Origin: an uncultured delta proteobacterium
GTDB taxonomy: Bacteria > Myxococcota_A > Polyangia > Polyangiales > Polyangiaceae
NCBI GenBank assembly: GCA_963782055.1
Contig: CAWAIF010000003.1
Coordinates: forward strand, 6,016,001-6,080,000
Direction: 5' to 3'
Length of the DNA: 64,000 bases
Translations under genes and position numbers: made by a program
Notes under the pieces: generated by a model
Told to the model about the DNA's origin: nothing
The model's database searches: none
What the model saw: only the letters and a program-made list of their open reading frames with translations
Shown here: positions 40,365-49,613 of the stretch, in pieces
Position numbering within the stretch: the stretch's first letter is position 1
How the letters are laid out: every line of letters starts with the position of its first letter

Positions 40365-41740
40365 TGCGCCTCGCCCGGATGACCACCGACGAGGTGCGCG
40401 CGCTGCTCGAGCGACCGCGCACGGCGGCGATCGTGCCGGTGGGCAGCGTGGAGCCGCACGGCCCGCACCTGGGCCTGTCGACCGACACCGTGATCAGCGA
40501 TCGCGCGGCGGAGCGGGCCGTGGCGCTGCTCGCAGCGAAGGGCGTGGACGCGGTGATCGCCCCCGCGGTGCCGTACGGCGTGACGCGCTACGCGGCGGAC
40601 TTCAAGGGCGCCATCGGCGTCGACGAGGCCGCGCTGGTGCCGTACGTCGCCGCGGTGTGCGCGAGCCTCCTCGCCGATGGCTTCGGCCGGGTGTGCCTGG
40701 TCAACAACCACCTGGAGCCCGCGCACGATCAGGCGGTGCGGGAGGCCGCGCTGCGCGTGGCGGGGCCGGACGGCGCGCCGCTGCACCGCGGGCGGGTGGT
40801 GGTGGCGTGCCCGCTGACGCGCCGGTGGGGCCGGACGCTGTCGGCGGAGTTCAAGAAGGGCAACTGCCACGCCGGCCGCTACGAGACGTCCCTGGCGATG
40901 GCGGCGGGCGAGGATGTGCGTGCAGAGTACAAGGAACTGCCCGCGATCCAGACCAGCCTCTCCGAGGGCATCAAGGCGGGCAAGGCGACCTTCGCGCAGA
41001 TGGGCCTGGACCGCGCGTACACCGGCGCGCCGGCGGAGGCGACGCGCGAGGAGGGGGAGGCGCTCTACGAGAAGCTCGGCGAGATGATCGCGGCGGAGGT
41101 GGTGGAGTCCTTCGACCGCCCGCCGCACGACTCGGCCCCGCTGGCGGCGGCGCGGCAGCGCGCGGGGCGCGCGGTGATGGCGGGCGAGTGGGCGGCGGCG
41201 CGGGCGGCGTTCGCCGAGCTCCGCGACCTCGTCGACGACGCGGCATCGCAGGGGCACCTGAGCGCGCTGGACGTGGCGGCGGTGGACGCGTCGCTCGCCG
41301 CGGTCAGCCGCAAGATGGGGGACGCCGACGCGGCGCGGCGCCACGGGGAGGCCGCGCGAAACGTGTATTCTGCACATGGCGCGCCGCAGCGGAGCGCGCT
41401 GTACCGCATCGAGCGCCTGGTGCTCGCGCACGTGGAGCCGGAGGACATGCCGGCGGACCGCCCGCGGGTGACGGTGGTCCACGCCGGGGTGGAGCACCCT
41501 GTGCGGTGGAGCCAGTTCACCATCGGGCGGTCGGTGGAGTGCGACCTGGTCATCTCGAAGGACACCGTGGCGCGGCTGCACGCGCGCATCGAGTGGGCGG
41601 AGGGCGGCTGGAAGGTCGCCGACCTCAACTCGGACAACGGCACGTGGTTCGAGGGCGCCTCCATCCGGCGGCGCGCCATCGCCGACGGCGAGGAGTACTC
41701 CATCGGCGGCGTTTCCATCCGGGTGCGGGTCTCCCGTTGA
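40364..41740 (+). CDS. Creatininase-family amidohydrolase fused to helical (TPR-like) and FHA domains
   Basis: GSVEPHGPHL..D, NNH, HAGRYETS; C-terminal IGRSVECDLVI..ARLHARI..DLNSDNGTW. Confidence 0.85.
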   Translation: MRLARMTTDEVRALLERPRTAAIVPVGSVEPHGPHLGLSTDTVISDRAAERAVALLAAKGVDAVIAPAVPYGVTRYAADFKGAIGVDEAALVPYVAAVCASLLADGFGRVCLVNNHLEPAHDQAVREAALRVAGPDGAPLHRGRVVVACPLTRRWGRTLSAEFKKGNCHAGRYETSLAMAAGEDVRAEYKELPAIQTSLSEGIKAGKATFAQMGLDRAYTGAPAEATREEGEALYEKLGEMIAAEVVESFDRPPHDSAPLAAARQRAGRAVMAGEWAAARAAFAELRDLVDDAASQGHLSALDVAAVDASLAAVSRKMGDADAARRHGEAARNVYSAHGAPQRSALYRIERLVLAHVEPEDMPADRPRVTVVHAGVEHPVRWSQFTIGRSVECDLVISKDTVARLHARIEWAEGGWKVADLNSDNGTWFEGASIRRRAIADGEEYSIGGVSIRVRVSR

Positions 41741-41762
41741 CGTCGATGGGGGCGAAGGGCGC

Positions 41763-42902
41763 ATGACGCGGGCAATCCGTCCCGGGATGACGGGCGCGCT
41801 CGTCGCGCTCGCGATCGGCTGCGGCCCCGCGGCCCCTCCTCCCGACTCCGGCGCCGGTCAGACCGGTGCCACACGACCCGCCGTCGTGCAGGCCGCGACC
41901 GACGTCTGCCCGCGCTTCGAGACGACCAGCCCGGGCCCCGTGTACCCCACCCGTCGCGCCTTCCCCGGCGTGGGGGCGATCGCGCTCGGTCCCCGTGACG
42001 TCGTCTACCGCGAGGGCAACCGCCTGCGCGCGGTCGCCATCAACGGGCGATCGGAGCCTCGAACAATCTACGAGGGCCAGGAGAACCTGGGCGCATCCAT
42101 CGTCGTCGACGACGCCTCGGCGTTCGTGGCGGACGACCGGGGGCTGCTGCGGATCCCGCTGACAGGAGGCCCGCCGGCGACGCTCGCCATCTCCGGCGCC
42201 CCCGGCGCGGCGTACGAGCCGGTGCTCGCCGGCCCACGGTACGTCTACGTCGTGGCGACGCGCGGGTGCACGACGCCCCAGGACTGCGCGAAGGCCGACC
42301 GACTGCTCCGCGTCCCGAGGGGCGGCGGCAAGAGCGAGGCGCTTCGGGGCGCGCCGCCGGACGCGAGCCCGCTGCTCGCCACCGGGGACGGCCTCGTCTT
42401 CACGACGACTGAGAAGGGCCCCGACGGCAAGGCGATCGTCGTCCTCTGGCGATGGAAGGACGGGGACAGCGCGGCGACGATCAGCCGGGTCGTCCTGAAG
42501 TTCAACTTTGCGCAGGGGGAGTCGTTCGTCGCGGGCGCGCAGGCGGAAGGTGACACGATCTTCCTCGCCACGACCTTCGGCGACATCTTCGGCATCCCCG
42601 CCTCGGGCGGCGCCGCGCGATTTCTCAAGGGCTCCGCGGGCGGCGTCACCGCCTTCGCGATGAACCGCCGCTTCTTCTTCACGTCGCACCAGGTCGGCGG
42701 CCCCCGCTACACCCTGCAGATCCCGCGCGACGGCGTGGTCGACCGCCGCGCCAGCGACAGCGCGCAGATGTCCATCCTCGCGGGCGACAGCCTCCGCGCG
42801 AACGGCGCTTGCGCGTGCGCCACCGCGATCGTCTTCGGCGACCCGCACTCGAGCGCGCACCACGGGACGCTGGAGTGCGCCCTCGTCCCCTTCCGCGAGT
42901 AG
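41763..42902 (+). CDS. Lipoprotein, beta-propeller-like
   Basis: AIGC lipobox; repeats IVVDDASAFV..LLRIPLTGG and LLRVPRGGG. Confidence 0.65.
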   Translation: MTRAIRPGMTGALVALAIGCGPAAPPPDSGAGQTGATRPAVVQAATDVCPRFETTSPGPVYPTRRAFPGVGAIALGPRDVVYREGNRLRAVAINGRSEPRTIYEGQENLGASIVVDDASAFVADDRGLLRIPLTGGPPATLAISGAPGAAYEPVLAGPRYVYVVATRGCTTPQDCAKADRLLRVPRGGGKSEALRGAPPDASPLLATGDGLVFTTTEKGPDGKAIVVLWRWKDGDSAATISRVVLKFNFAQGESFVAGAQAEGDTIFLATTFGDIFGIPASGGAARFLKGSAGGVTAFAMNRRFFFTSHQVGGPRYTLQIPRDGVVDRRASDSAQMSILAGDSLRANGACACATAIVFGDPHSSAHHGTLECALVPFRE

Positions 42903-42911
42903 ACGCGGCGC

Positions 42912-43535
42912 TCAGCGCGCCCAGAGCTGCACGGCGTACGCGCCCTCGCCGTCGCCGACGGAGACCGCCAGCGTGGCGTCGTCCGCCTGCTTGAAGCACA
43001 CCGCCTCGTCCGGCGCGATGGCGTGGTCGATCGGGTCGGTGTGGTACTGCGCGGCGGTGGCGCCGGTAGAGTCCAGCACCAGCACGACCAGGTTCTTGAT
43101 GCCGGGGCTCGCCACGCCGTAGACGCGATAGCAGCGGCCCGCCTCCGCGTGGAAGCGATGGTCGACGGCGGTGGAGGTGGGCTTGAGCGAGCCGGCGGCG
43201 GTCACGCGGGCCGGCTTCGTCCCGGTGGCCTTCGCGCAGCCCTGCGCCAGCGCCGCGACCGAGCGCGACGGATCCGCCCCCGGCGTGAAGCGTGCGTGGC
43301 ACGCCGCCCAGCCCGCCTGAGGCCTGCGCTCCACGCGCGCGGAGGTCAGCTGGTAGGGGGGAGGCACCATCGCGTCGGGCAGGGAGGTGATCGCCGCGGT
43401 GGACGGCGAGACCGCAGCGTCGACCGGGGCGCCCGCGTCGGCGGGGGCCGGACGCGGGGTGACCACCTTGGGCGGGGGCTCCTTGCCGCCGCACGCGGCG
43501 AGCACAAGGAGCACGGGGAGTCCTCGGAGACGCAT
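42912..43535 (-). CDS. Hypothetical lipoprotein
   Basis: MRLRGLPVLLVLAACGG; C-terminal beta-sandwich GRCYRVYG..G.YAVQLW. Confidence 0.75.
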   Translation of the reverse strand: MRLRGLPVLLVLAACGGKEPPPKVVTPRPAPADAGAPVDAAVSPSTAAITSLPDAMVPPPYQLTSARVERRPQAGWAACHARFTPGADPSRSVAALAQGCAKATGTKPARVTAAGSLKPTSTAVDHRFHAEAGRCYRVYGVASPGIKNLVVLVLDSTGATAAQYHTDPIDHAIAPDEAVCFKQADDATLAVSVGDGEGAYAVQLWAR

Positions 43536-43623
43536 CGGCGCGGAGCCTACCCCAACTCCCGCGCCGCGGCGCGCCTTCGAACCAAAGCCTGTATCCGGAA
43601 CGCCACACGCGAGGCGCAGCGGT

Positions 43624-43751
43624 CGTAGGCAATTCGTCGGGGCTGGTGCGCGCCGTAGGTAATTCGCCGGGCGCCGATCGTCGGCATGCTCGCGATCCGC
43701 CAGACGGCGCCGCGAGATCCGTACGCGGCACCGTCTGGCATCCGCCGTGCA
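43624..43751 (+). promoter_or_regulatory. Direct-repeat pair (candidate activator sites) plus sigma-54 promoter
   Basis: CGTAGGYAATTCGYCGGG at 43624 and 43654 (30-nt period); TGGCATCCGCCGTGCA at 43736-43751. Confidence 0.6.
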
Positions 43752-43764
43752 CTGGGGGACTGCC

Positions 43765-44520
43765 ATGAACACTTCCACTCGCTTCGCCTTCCTCGGCCTC
43801 CCGCTCGCTCTCGGCGCGTGCTCCCTGTCCTCCTCCTCGTCGCCACCCCCCGGCAACGACAGCGGCCCGCACCACTCCACCGAGTTCACCACCGACCAGC
43901 TCCGCCCCTCGATGAGCGCGCAGTCGGACGGGCACAACCTCACCATCTTCGCCGCGGTGATGACCCACGACGGCAGCCTGGTGAAGGTGGACGGCACCGA
44001 CTGGCTGACCGCCTCCCTGGACGGCAGCCCCGACCTGCTCCTCGACTGGCAGAGCGACGACCCTCCGCACTACGTGGTGAAGGCGCTCGCCCCCACCGAC
44101 GCGACCGACGCCGTGGTGACGCTCCACCGCGCCAACGGGGAGACCGACGCCGTCCACCTGCAGGTACCCGGCGCCTTCGATCTCGCCGGCGACATCCCCA
44201 CCGACGTGCAGCGAGACCAGAGAGTCACCCTTCACGTCACCCCTGCCCCCGATCCCGACGGCGTCTGGTTCGTCTACGCCGACGGCCCGTGCGCCAACTA
44301 CGGCGACGCTCCCTCGAGCTTCGTGGCGAAGCCCTCCGGCGACACGCTGACCTTCACCGCCAAGCTGGACGACCGTGTCGCGAGCGGCGGCTCGTGCACC
44401 GCGACGATGAAGGTGCAGCACCTGACCATGGGCACCGCCGACCCGACGTTCGCCGCCGGCTACCCGATGGATCTGCTCGGCGTCCAGGAGCGCCGCTTCG
44501 TCGTGACCTTCGAGCCCTAA
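43765..44520 (+). CDS. Hypothetical lipoprotein
   Basis: LALGAC lipobox; beta-rich sequence; strong coding bias. Confidence 0.75.
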   Translation: MNTSTRFAFLGLPLALGACSLSSSSSPPPGNDSGPHHSTEFTTDQLRPSMSAQSDGHNLTIFAAVMTHDGSLVKVDGTDWLTASLDGSPDLLLDWQSDDPPHYVVKALAPTDATDAVVTLHRANGETDAVHLQVPGAFDLAGDIPTDVQRDQRVTLHVTPAPDPDGVWFVYADGPCANYGDAPSSFVAKPSGDTLTFTAKLDDRVASGGSCTATMKVQHLTMGTADPTFAAGYPMDLLGVQERRFVVTFEP

Positions 44521-44745
44521 TCCCCGGGCCCTCTCGCGCTCGCTTCCCTCTCGCACCCGCGCGAAGGGAGCGAAGCGGGGGGGCGAGCGCGGGCGCCGCG
44601 GCTTGCCAAATCGGCGTTCGTGATCCTCGAACGCCGAACTTCGCGAGCAAAGCGAGCGCCGCGTGGGGTGGTACCCCAAACAAAAAAACCGCGTTTTTCG
44701 GGGCGGGGCGGCGCGTGCCGCCCCGTGAGACAAGACCTAAATCGG

Positions 44746-44772
44746 ACGAGCGCGATTCCGAATCGCGCTCGT
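44746..44772. terminator. Hairpin between convergent genes
   Basis: ACGAGCGCGATT-CCG-AATCGCGCTCGT, a perfect 12-bp stem. Confidence 0.6.
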
Positions 44773-44776
44773 TCAT

Positions 44777-46465
44777 TTAAATCTCGATGTCCAGCCTCGC
44801 CGCGCCGACACGCAGCCCGCTCGCGGTGACGTGCAGCACGCCGCGCCCCTTCACCACGAAGCTCGCCACCCTGGACGCGCCGTTGCCCTTGCTCCGCATG
44901 TGGAAGATGCTCGCGCCGGAGTCGAAGAGGCCGCGGCCCCAGCCCTCCAGGTGCCCCAGCTCCACCCGCGCGTCACCGACGACCTCGCACCCCTCCGCGG
45001 CGACGTGCACGAAGACGCGCGCGTCGAGCGCCAGCTTCTTCGCCGAGGCGAGCACGTACGAGGGCAGGTAGCCCTCGTTTTCCACCACCAGGCGCACGCG
45101 CGTCACGCCGTCGCCCAGCGCCTCGGTATGTGTATGATGCACGCGAATCGCCGGCGCCATCGCCGCGACGCGCAGGAACGTCTTCGCCTGCTTCTCGCAA
45201 ACCTCGCCCAGCCGCTCGTACGGCGGGTTGGAGAGGCCCACGCGCATGTCCAGGCCGCCCACCTCCACCTCGCCGAGCTGCGGGTGGGTCACCTTCTTCC
45301 ACGGGCGAAAGACACGTCCCTTGTTCTTCTCGGCGTCCCACTTGGCGAAGCGGACGAGATCGTCGCGCGTGAGGAAGGCGTAGTGGTCGACGAAGGGCTT
45401 GCGGCGCGGGATGCCCAGCTCGCGGAACAGGTCCCAGATCTCCACCGTGTACCCGAGCGCCCCGCGCTGGTGATACGCGTAGTCGATCACGTCCCCGCGC
45501 AGCGGCTTGTCCGGCTCGTAGAGGAACTCGTGGTACCCGCTCACCGTGGGGTAGCCCCCGTACTGCTCCCCCCACGCCTCGATCTGCCGGTACACCGCCA
45601 GGTCGAAGGGCTCCATCTTGGAGTCGGGCGCGTTGCCGAGCGGGCGGATCTGCACCCCGCCGAAGGTGTGCAGGTCCAGCCACGCCACGATGTGCGGCCG
45701 CGCGCTGGTGAACTCCACCACCGCCCGCGACTCCGGCTCGCTCGTCGGGAAGCTCCCCGCGCCAATCTGCTCCGGCTCCGGCGCCCAGGCGTACGGGAAG
45801 TTGCGGTTCATGTCGGTGTCGTTGTCCGACAGGAAGTACGGGTCGGGGATGGTGTGGCCGTCGAAGTGCTCGATGATCCCCTCGGGGTAGACCTTGTAGA
45901 AGGGCCCGACGTCCTCCAGCGTGCGCGGCACGAGCACGCCGGGCGCCTCCTTCGACAGGGCGAACTCACCGGCGGGATCCGCCACGCGCATCACCAGCGA
46001 GACGCCGTTGCCGTCCACGTCCTTGCAGATCCAGCGCGGCGTCGGCGCGTGGTGGCGCCGGTCGCGGTCGTTGCTGCGCACGTAGCCGCCCGTCCGCAGG
46101 ATGGACTCCGCGCCGTCCGGCGAGATGCGCGGCATCACGTAGAAGAGCACCTCGCGCAGCCTCTCGCAGACATGCGCGGGCAGGTCGCGCACCGTCTGCG
46201 AGCCGGTGTGCAGGGCGATGACGTCCTCCGCCATCGCCAGCGCCACGCTCGATCCCGCCAGCTCGGAGGCGTGCATGTTGCCGCCGACCCACACCGCCGG
46301 GCGCGCGCGGTCCGGCTCCGGGCCGATGACCAGCACCCACAGGTCACGCCCGCCCGTCGACTTGCCGATGCTCTGCAGACGGACGTGGCCGGGGTGCTTT
46401 TTCGCCCAGTCCTGAAGCGTCCGGGTGATCTCGTCGTAGGTGAGGTAGTTCTCGCGGAAGGACAT
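44777..46465 (-). CDS. M14 zinc carboxypeptidase
   Basis: SIGKSTGGRDLW, NMHASE, SPDG, DMNRNF, SEPE, DLHT. Confidence 0.92.
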   Translation of the reverse strand: MSFRENYLTYDEITRTLQDWAKKHPGHVRLQSIGKSTGGRDLWVLVIGPEPDRARPAVWVGGNMHASELAGSSVALAMAEDVIALHTGSQTVRDLPAHVCERLREVLFYVMPRISPDGAESILRTGGYVRSNDRDRRHHAPTPRWICKDVDGNGVSLVMRVADPAGEFALSKEAPGVLVPRTLEDVGPFYKVYPEGIIEHFDGHTIPDPYFLSDNDTDMNRNFPYAWAPEPEQIGAGSFPTSEPESRAVVEFTSARPHIVAWLDLHTFGGVQIRPLGNAPDSKMEPFDLAVYRQIEAWGEQYGGYPTVSGYHEFLYEPDKPLRGDVIDYAYHQRGALGYTVEIWDLFRELGIPRRKPFVDHYAFLTRDDLVRFAKWDAEKNKGRVFRPWKKVTHPQLGEVEVGGLDMRVGLSNPPYERLGEVCEKQAKTFLRVAAMAPAIRVHHTHTEALGDGVTRVRLVVENEGYLPSYVLASAKKLALDARVFVHVAAEGCEVVGDARVELGHLEGWGRGLFDSGASIFHMRSKGNGASRVASFVVKGRGVLHVTASGLRVGAARLDIEI

Positions 46466-46467
46466 GC

Positions 46468-48000
46468 TCACACCGGCAGGACCATGTGCTTGCGCCGCGG
46501 CCGCCCCTCCACCTTGCCCGCGTAGCGCGCGAAGCGGGTGGCGATCTCCTTGCGGAGCCGCTCGCCAGGGACGACCGCGTCGATCACCAGCTCGCTCGCC
46601 AGCTTCATGATGTCGATGTCCTCGCGGTACTCGTCGCGCAGCTTCGCCACGAAGGCGTCGCGCTCCGGCCCGGCGGGGACCTCCTGGATCTTGTTGTAGT
46701 AGACCGCGTTGACCGCCGCCTGCGGCCCCATGACCGCGATGGAGGCGCTGGGCAGCGCGATGCACGCGTCCGGCTCGAAGGCGGGGCCGCACATGGCGTA
46801 GAGCCCGGCGCCGTAGGCCTTGCGCACCACCACCGAGAGCTTGGGCACCGTCGCCTCGCTCACCGCGGCGATCATCTTGGCGCCCGCGCGGATGATCCCC
46901 TGCCGCTCCACCTTGGTGCCGATCATGAAGCCGGGCACGTCGGCGAGGTACAGCAAGGGGATGTTGAAGGCGTCGCACAGCCAGATGAAGCGCGCAGCCT
47001 TGTCCGCCGAGTCGACGAAGAGCACGCCGCCCAGCCACTTGGGCTGGTTGGCGACGACGCCGACCACGCGCCCCTCGATCCGGGCGAGGCCGGTCAGGAT
47101 CTCCCGCGCGAAGAGCGCCTTGATCTCCAGCCAGGAGCCCTCGTCGATGATCTCGCGGATCACCGCCATCATGTCGAAGAACTTGTTCTCGTCGGCGGGG
47201 ATCAGCTCCTCGATGCGCTTGCCGCTCCTGGCGGGCGCGCGCGGCGCCACGTCCGGCGGCAGCCCCGCCTCGCTGGAGGGGAAGTAGGCGAGGTAGCGCT
47301 TGCAGAAGGCGATCGCCTCGTCCTCCGTCTTCACCAGCACGTCCCCGCAGCCGGAGACCGAGCAGTGCATCTTGGCGCCGCCCATCTCCTCCAGGGTCAC
47401 CTTCTCGCCGATCACCATCTCCGCCATGCGCGGCGAGCCGAGGTACATGGCGGCGTTGCCCTCCACCATCACCACGACGTCGCAGAAGGCGGGGATGTAC
47501 GCGCCGCCCGCGGCGCTCGGGCCGAAGAGCAGGCACACCTGAGGCACCTGCCCGCTGAGCTGTACCTCGTTGTAGAAGATGCGACCCGCGCCGCGTCGCC
47601 CGGGGAACATCTCGATCTGGTCGGTGATGCGCGCGCCGGCGGAGTCGACGAGGTAGAGCATGGGGACGCGCAGGTCTCGCGCCGTCTCCTGGATGCGGAG
47701 GATCTTCTCCACCGTGCGGCGGCCCCACGAGCCCGCCTTGATGGTGGAGTCGTTGGCCATGATCGCGACCGTTCGCCCCGCGACCATCGCCGTGCCGGTG
47801 ATCACGCCATCGGCGGCGAGCTCGGGGTCCAGGTTGTTCGCCAGCTCCGCGTCCTCGACGAAGCTCCCGGCGTCCACGAGCCGCGCGATGCGCTCCCGCG
47901 CGAAGAGCTTCCCCGCGTTGGCGTTCTTCTGGTGGTACTTCGGCGCGCCCCCCTTCTCCACGCGCTCCAGCGTTTCTTCGAGTTTCTTGCCTGCGGTCAT
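46468..48000 (-). CDS. Acyl-CoA carboxylase carboxyltransferase (beta) subunit
   Basis: GKLFARERI, DSAGARI, AGGAY, MGGAKMH, DVPGFMIG, RKAYGAG. Confidence 0.95.
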   Translation of the reverse strand: MTAGKKLEETLERVEKGGAPKYHQKNANAGKLFARERIARLVDAGSFVEDAELANNLDPELAADGVITGTAMVAGRTVAIMANDSTIKAGSWGRRTVEKILRIQETARDLRVPMLYLVDSAGARITDQIEMFPGRRGAGRIFYNEVQLSGQVPQVCLLFGPSAAGGAYIPAFCDVVVMVEGNAAMYLGSPRMAEMVIGEKVTLEEMGGAKMHCSVSGCGDVLVKTEDEAIAFCKRYLAYFPSSEAGLPPDVAPRAPARSGKRIEELIPADENKFFDMMAVIREIIDEGSWLEIKALFAREILTGLARIEGRVVGVVANQPKWLGGVLFVDSADKAARFIWLCDAFNIPLLYLADVPGFMIGTKVERQGIIRAGAKMIAAVSEATVPKLSVVVRKAYGAGLYAMCGPAFEPDACIALPSASIAVMGPQAAVNAVYYNKIQEVPAGPERDAFVAKLRDEYREDIDIMKLASELVIDAVVPGERLRKEIATRFARYAGKVEGRPRRKHMVLPV

Positions 48001-48173
48001 CGGTAGGCCCGCACGGTACCCGAACCGCGGCCCGATGCCGAGGGGACAGGTCGCCGGGCTCGCCGCCCTGACATGCTCCGCTGATCAGGTGCGTGCATGT
48101 CCGACCGATCGGGGAAGCGCGCCGTGATGACGCTTGCCATGTCCACCGTCCGTCTCGCATCCTCGGAAGGACG

Positions 48174-49607
48174 ATGAGCTCGGTTCCGGGTCGGAAAGAC
48201 GGCGACGGCAGGGCACCCGCCGGGACCGACCCGAAGGAGCCCCGCAAGGAGCCGCGCACGCGCACGGCCCCGATGATGCCGGCCACGCAGGCGCCCCCGG
48301 CCGCGCCGCCCTCGCAGGAGCCGGCGGTCGTGGTCTCTCGCGTGCTGGACGTGGGGCCGCCGCTCGTCCCGCGCCATCGCCCCCAGGCCCCGCCCCCGGA
48401 GGCGCCGCCGCCGGTGCCGCCGCCCCCGCCCGTGCCCGCCGTGGCGGTCCCGCCGGTGCGCTCGGCGGCCGCGACCCTCGGCGCGATGCCGGCGATGCGC
48501 CCGCGCGCGCCCACGCTCATCGACTCCACGCCCCCACCCGCGCAGCCCCCGCGCGGCGCGCCGGAGGCCCCCCCGCCCTCGACACGCCACGGCCGTCCGG
48601 CCGCGCCGCCGGTCGACGTCGAGCTCCCGCCCAGCGAGAGCCTCTGGGACAGCGTGGAGGCCCTGCTCGACGACGTCGACGCCGGCTTCGGCGCCATCAT
48701 GGATGGCCCGCCCAACACGCTGCGCGACCCGCAGACGGGCGGGGCGGTGCCCGGTACCGGGATGAAGTCCCCGAGCGGCGGGATGTCCGGCGCGCGTGAG
48801 CTCTTCGCGCAGCTCGCCACCTCGCACGTCCGGCACGTGCGCGACTTCATGATCGACGTGAAGTCCGGCCAGGCCACCGCCGACTGGCTGCCCATCTGCG
48901 AGCCGGCGGTGCGCTCGGTGCGGCAGATGGCCGAGCAGCTCGACCTGCCGGAGCTGTGCAAGGGCCTGGACGGCTACCTCGCCGCGCTCAAGACCGCCGC
49001 GGAGGAGTCCGGCTTCTCGGTGGACGGCATGGTGCGCGACCTGTTGCTCGCCGCCTACGAGCCGCTCGTCACGGCGATGCCCTCCGCCTTCGGCCTGGAC
49101 GCGGTCAAGAGCCGCCGCGAGGGGATCATCGTGCAGTCGCTGCTGTTGCAGATCCCCGACGTGCGCAAGGTCACCATCGACAAGCTCTACGCCAACGGCC
49201 TGACGGCCCTCGACGCCTTCTTCCTCGCCAAGGCGGACGAGATCGCCCTGACGACAGGCATCGACCGCGCCATCGCCGAGAAGATCGTGGACCGCTTCGC
49301 CCGCTACAAGAAGGAGCTGCAAGGCGGCGCGCTGGACGAGGCACGCAGCTTCGAGCACAAGCGCCTGGACGAGCTCGCGGGCGAGCTCGCCACCCAGCAG
49401 GCCGCCTTCGAGGAGGCGGAGCGCAAGGACGAGTCGAGCAAGAAGCGCGCGGCGCGCAAGGCGCGCGAGGCCGTGCTGCTGGAGGTCAAGGTCCTGATGG
49501 CCCGCCTCGGCGAGGTCGAGCGCGTCAACGTCATCGAGCGTCTGCCCTTCTCCAAGAAGGTGGCGGAGCTCCGGAAGTACCTCGAAGAAGCCAGGGAGCG
49601 AACGTGA
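48174..49607 (+). CDS. Pro-rich protein with helix-hairpin-helix domain and coiled-coil
   Basis: LLQIPDVRKVTIDKLYANGL..EIALTTGIDRAIAEKI (HhH pair); Pro-rich N-terminus. Confidence 0.75.
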   Translation: MSSVPGRKDGDGRAPAGTDPKEPRKEPRTRTAPMMPATQAPPAAPPSQEPAVVVSRVLDVGPPLVPRHRPQAPPPEAPPPVPPPPPVPAVAVPPVRSAAATLGAMPAMRPRAPTLIDSTPPPAQPPRGAPEAPPPSTRHGRPAAPPVDVELPPSESLWDSVEALLDDVDAGFGAIMDGPPNTLRDPQTGGAVPGTGMKSPSGGMSGARELFAQLATSHVRHVRDFMIDVKSGQATADWLPICEPAVRSVRQMAEQLDLPELCKGLDGYLAALKTAAEESGFSVDGMVRDLLLAAYEPLVTAMPSAFGLDAVKSRREGIIVQSLLLQIPDVRKVTIDKLYANGLTALDAFFLAKADEIALTTGIDRAIAEKIVDRFARYKKELQGGALDEARSFEHKRLDELAGELATQQAAFEEAERKDESSKKRAARKAREAVLLEVKVLMARLGEVERVNVIERLPFSKKVAELRKYLEEARERT

Positions 49608-49613
49608 GGGGAC

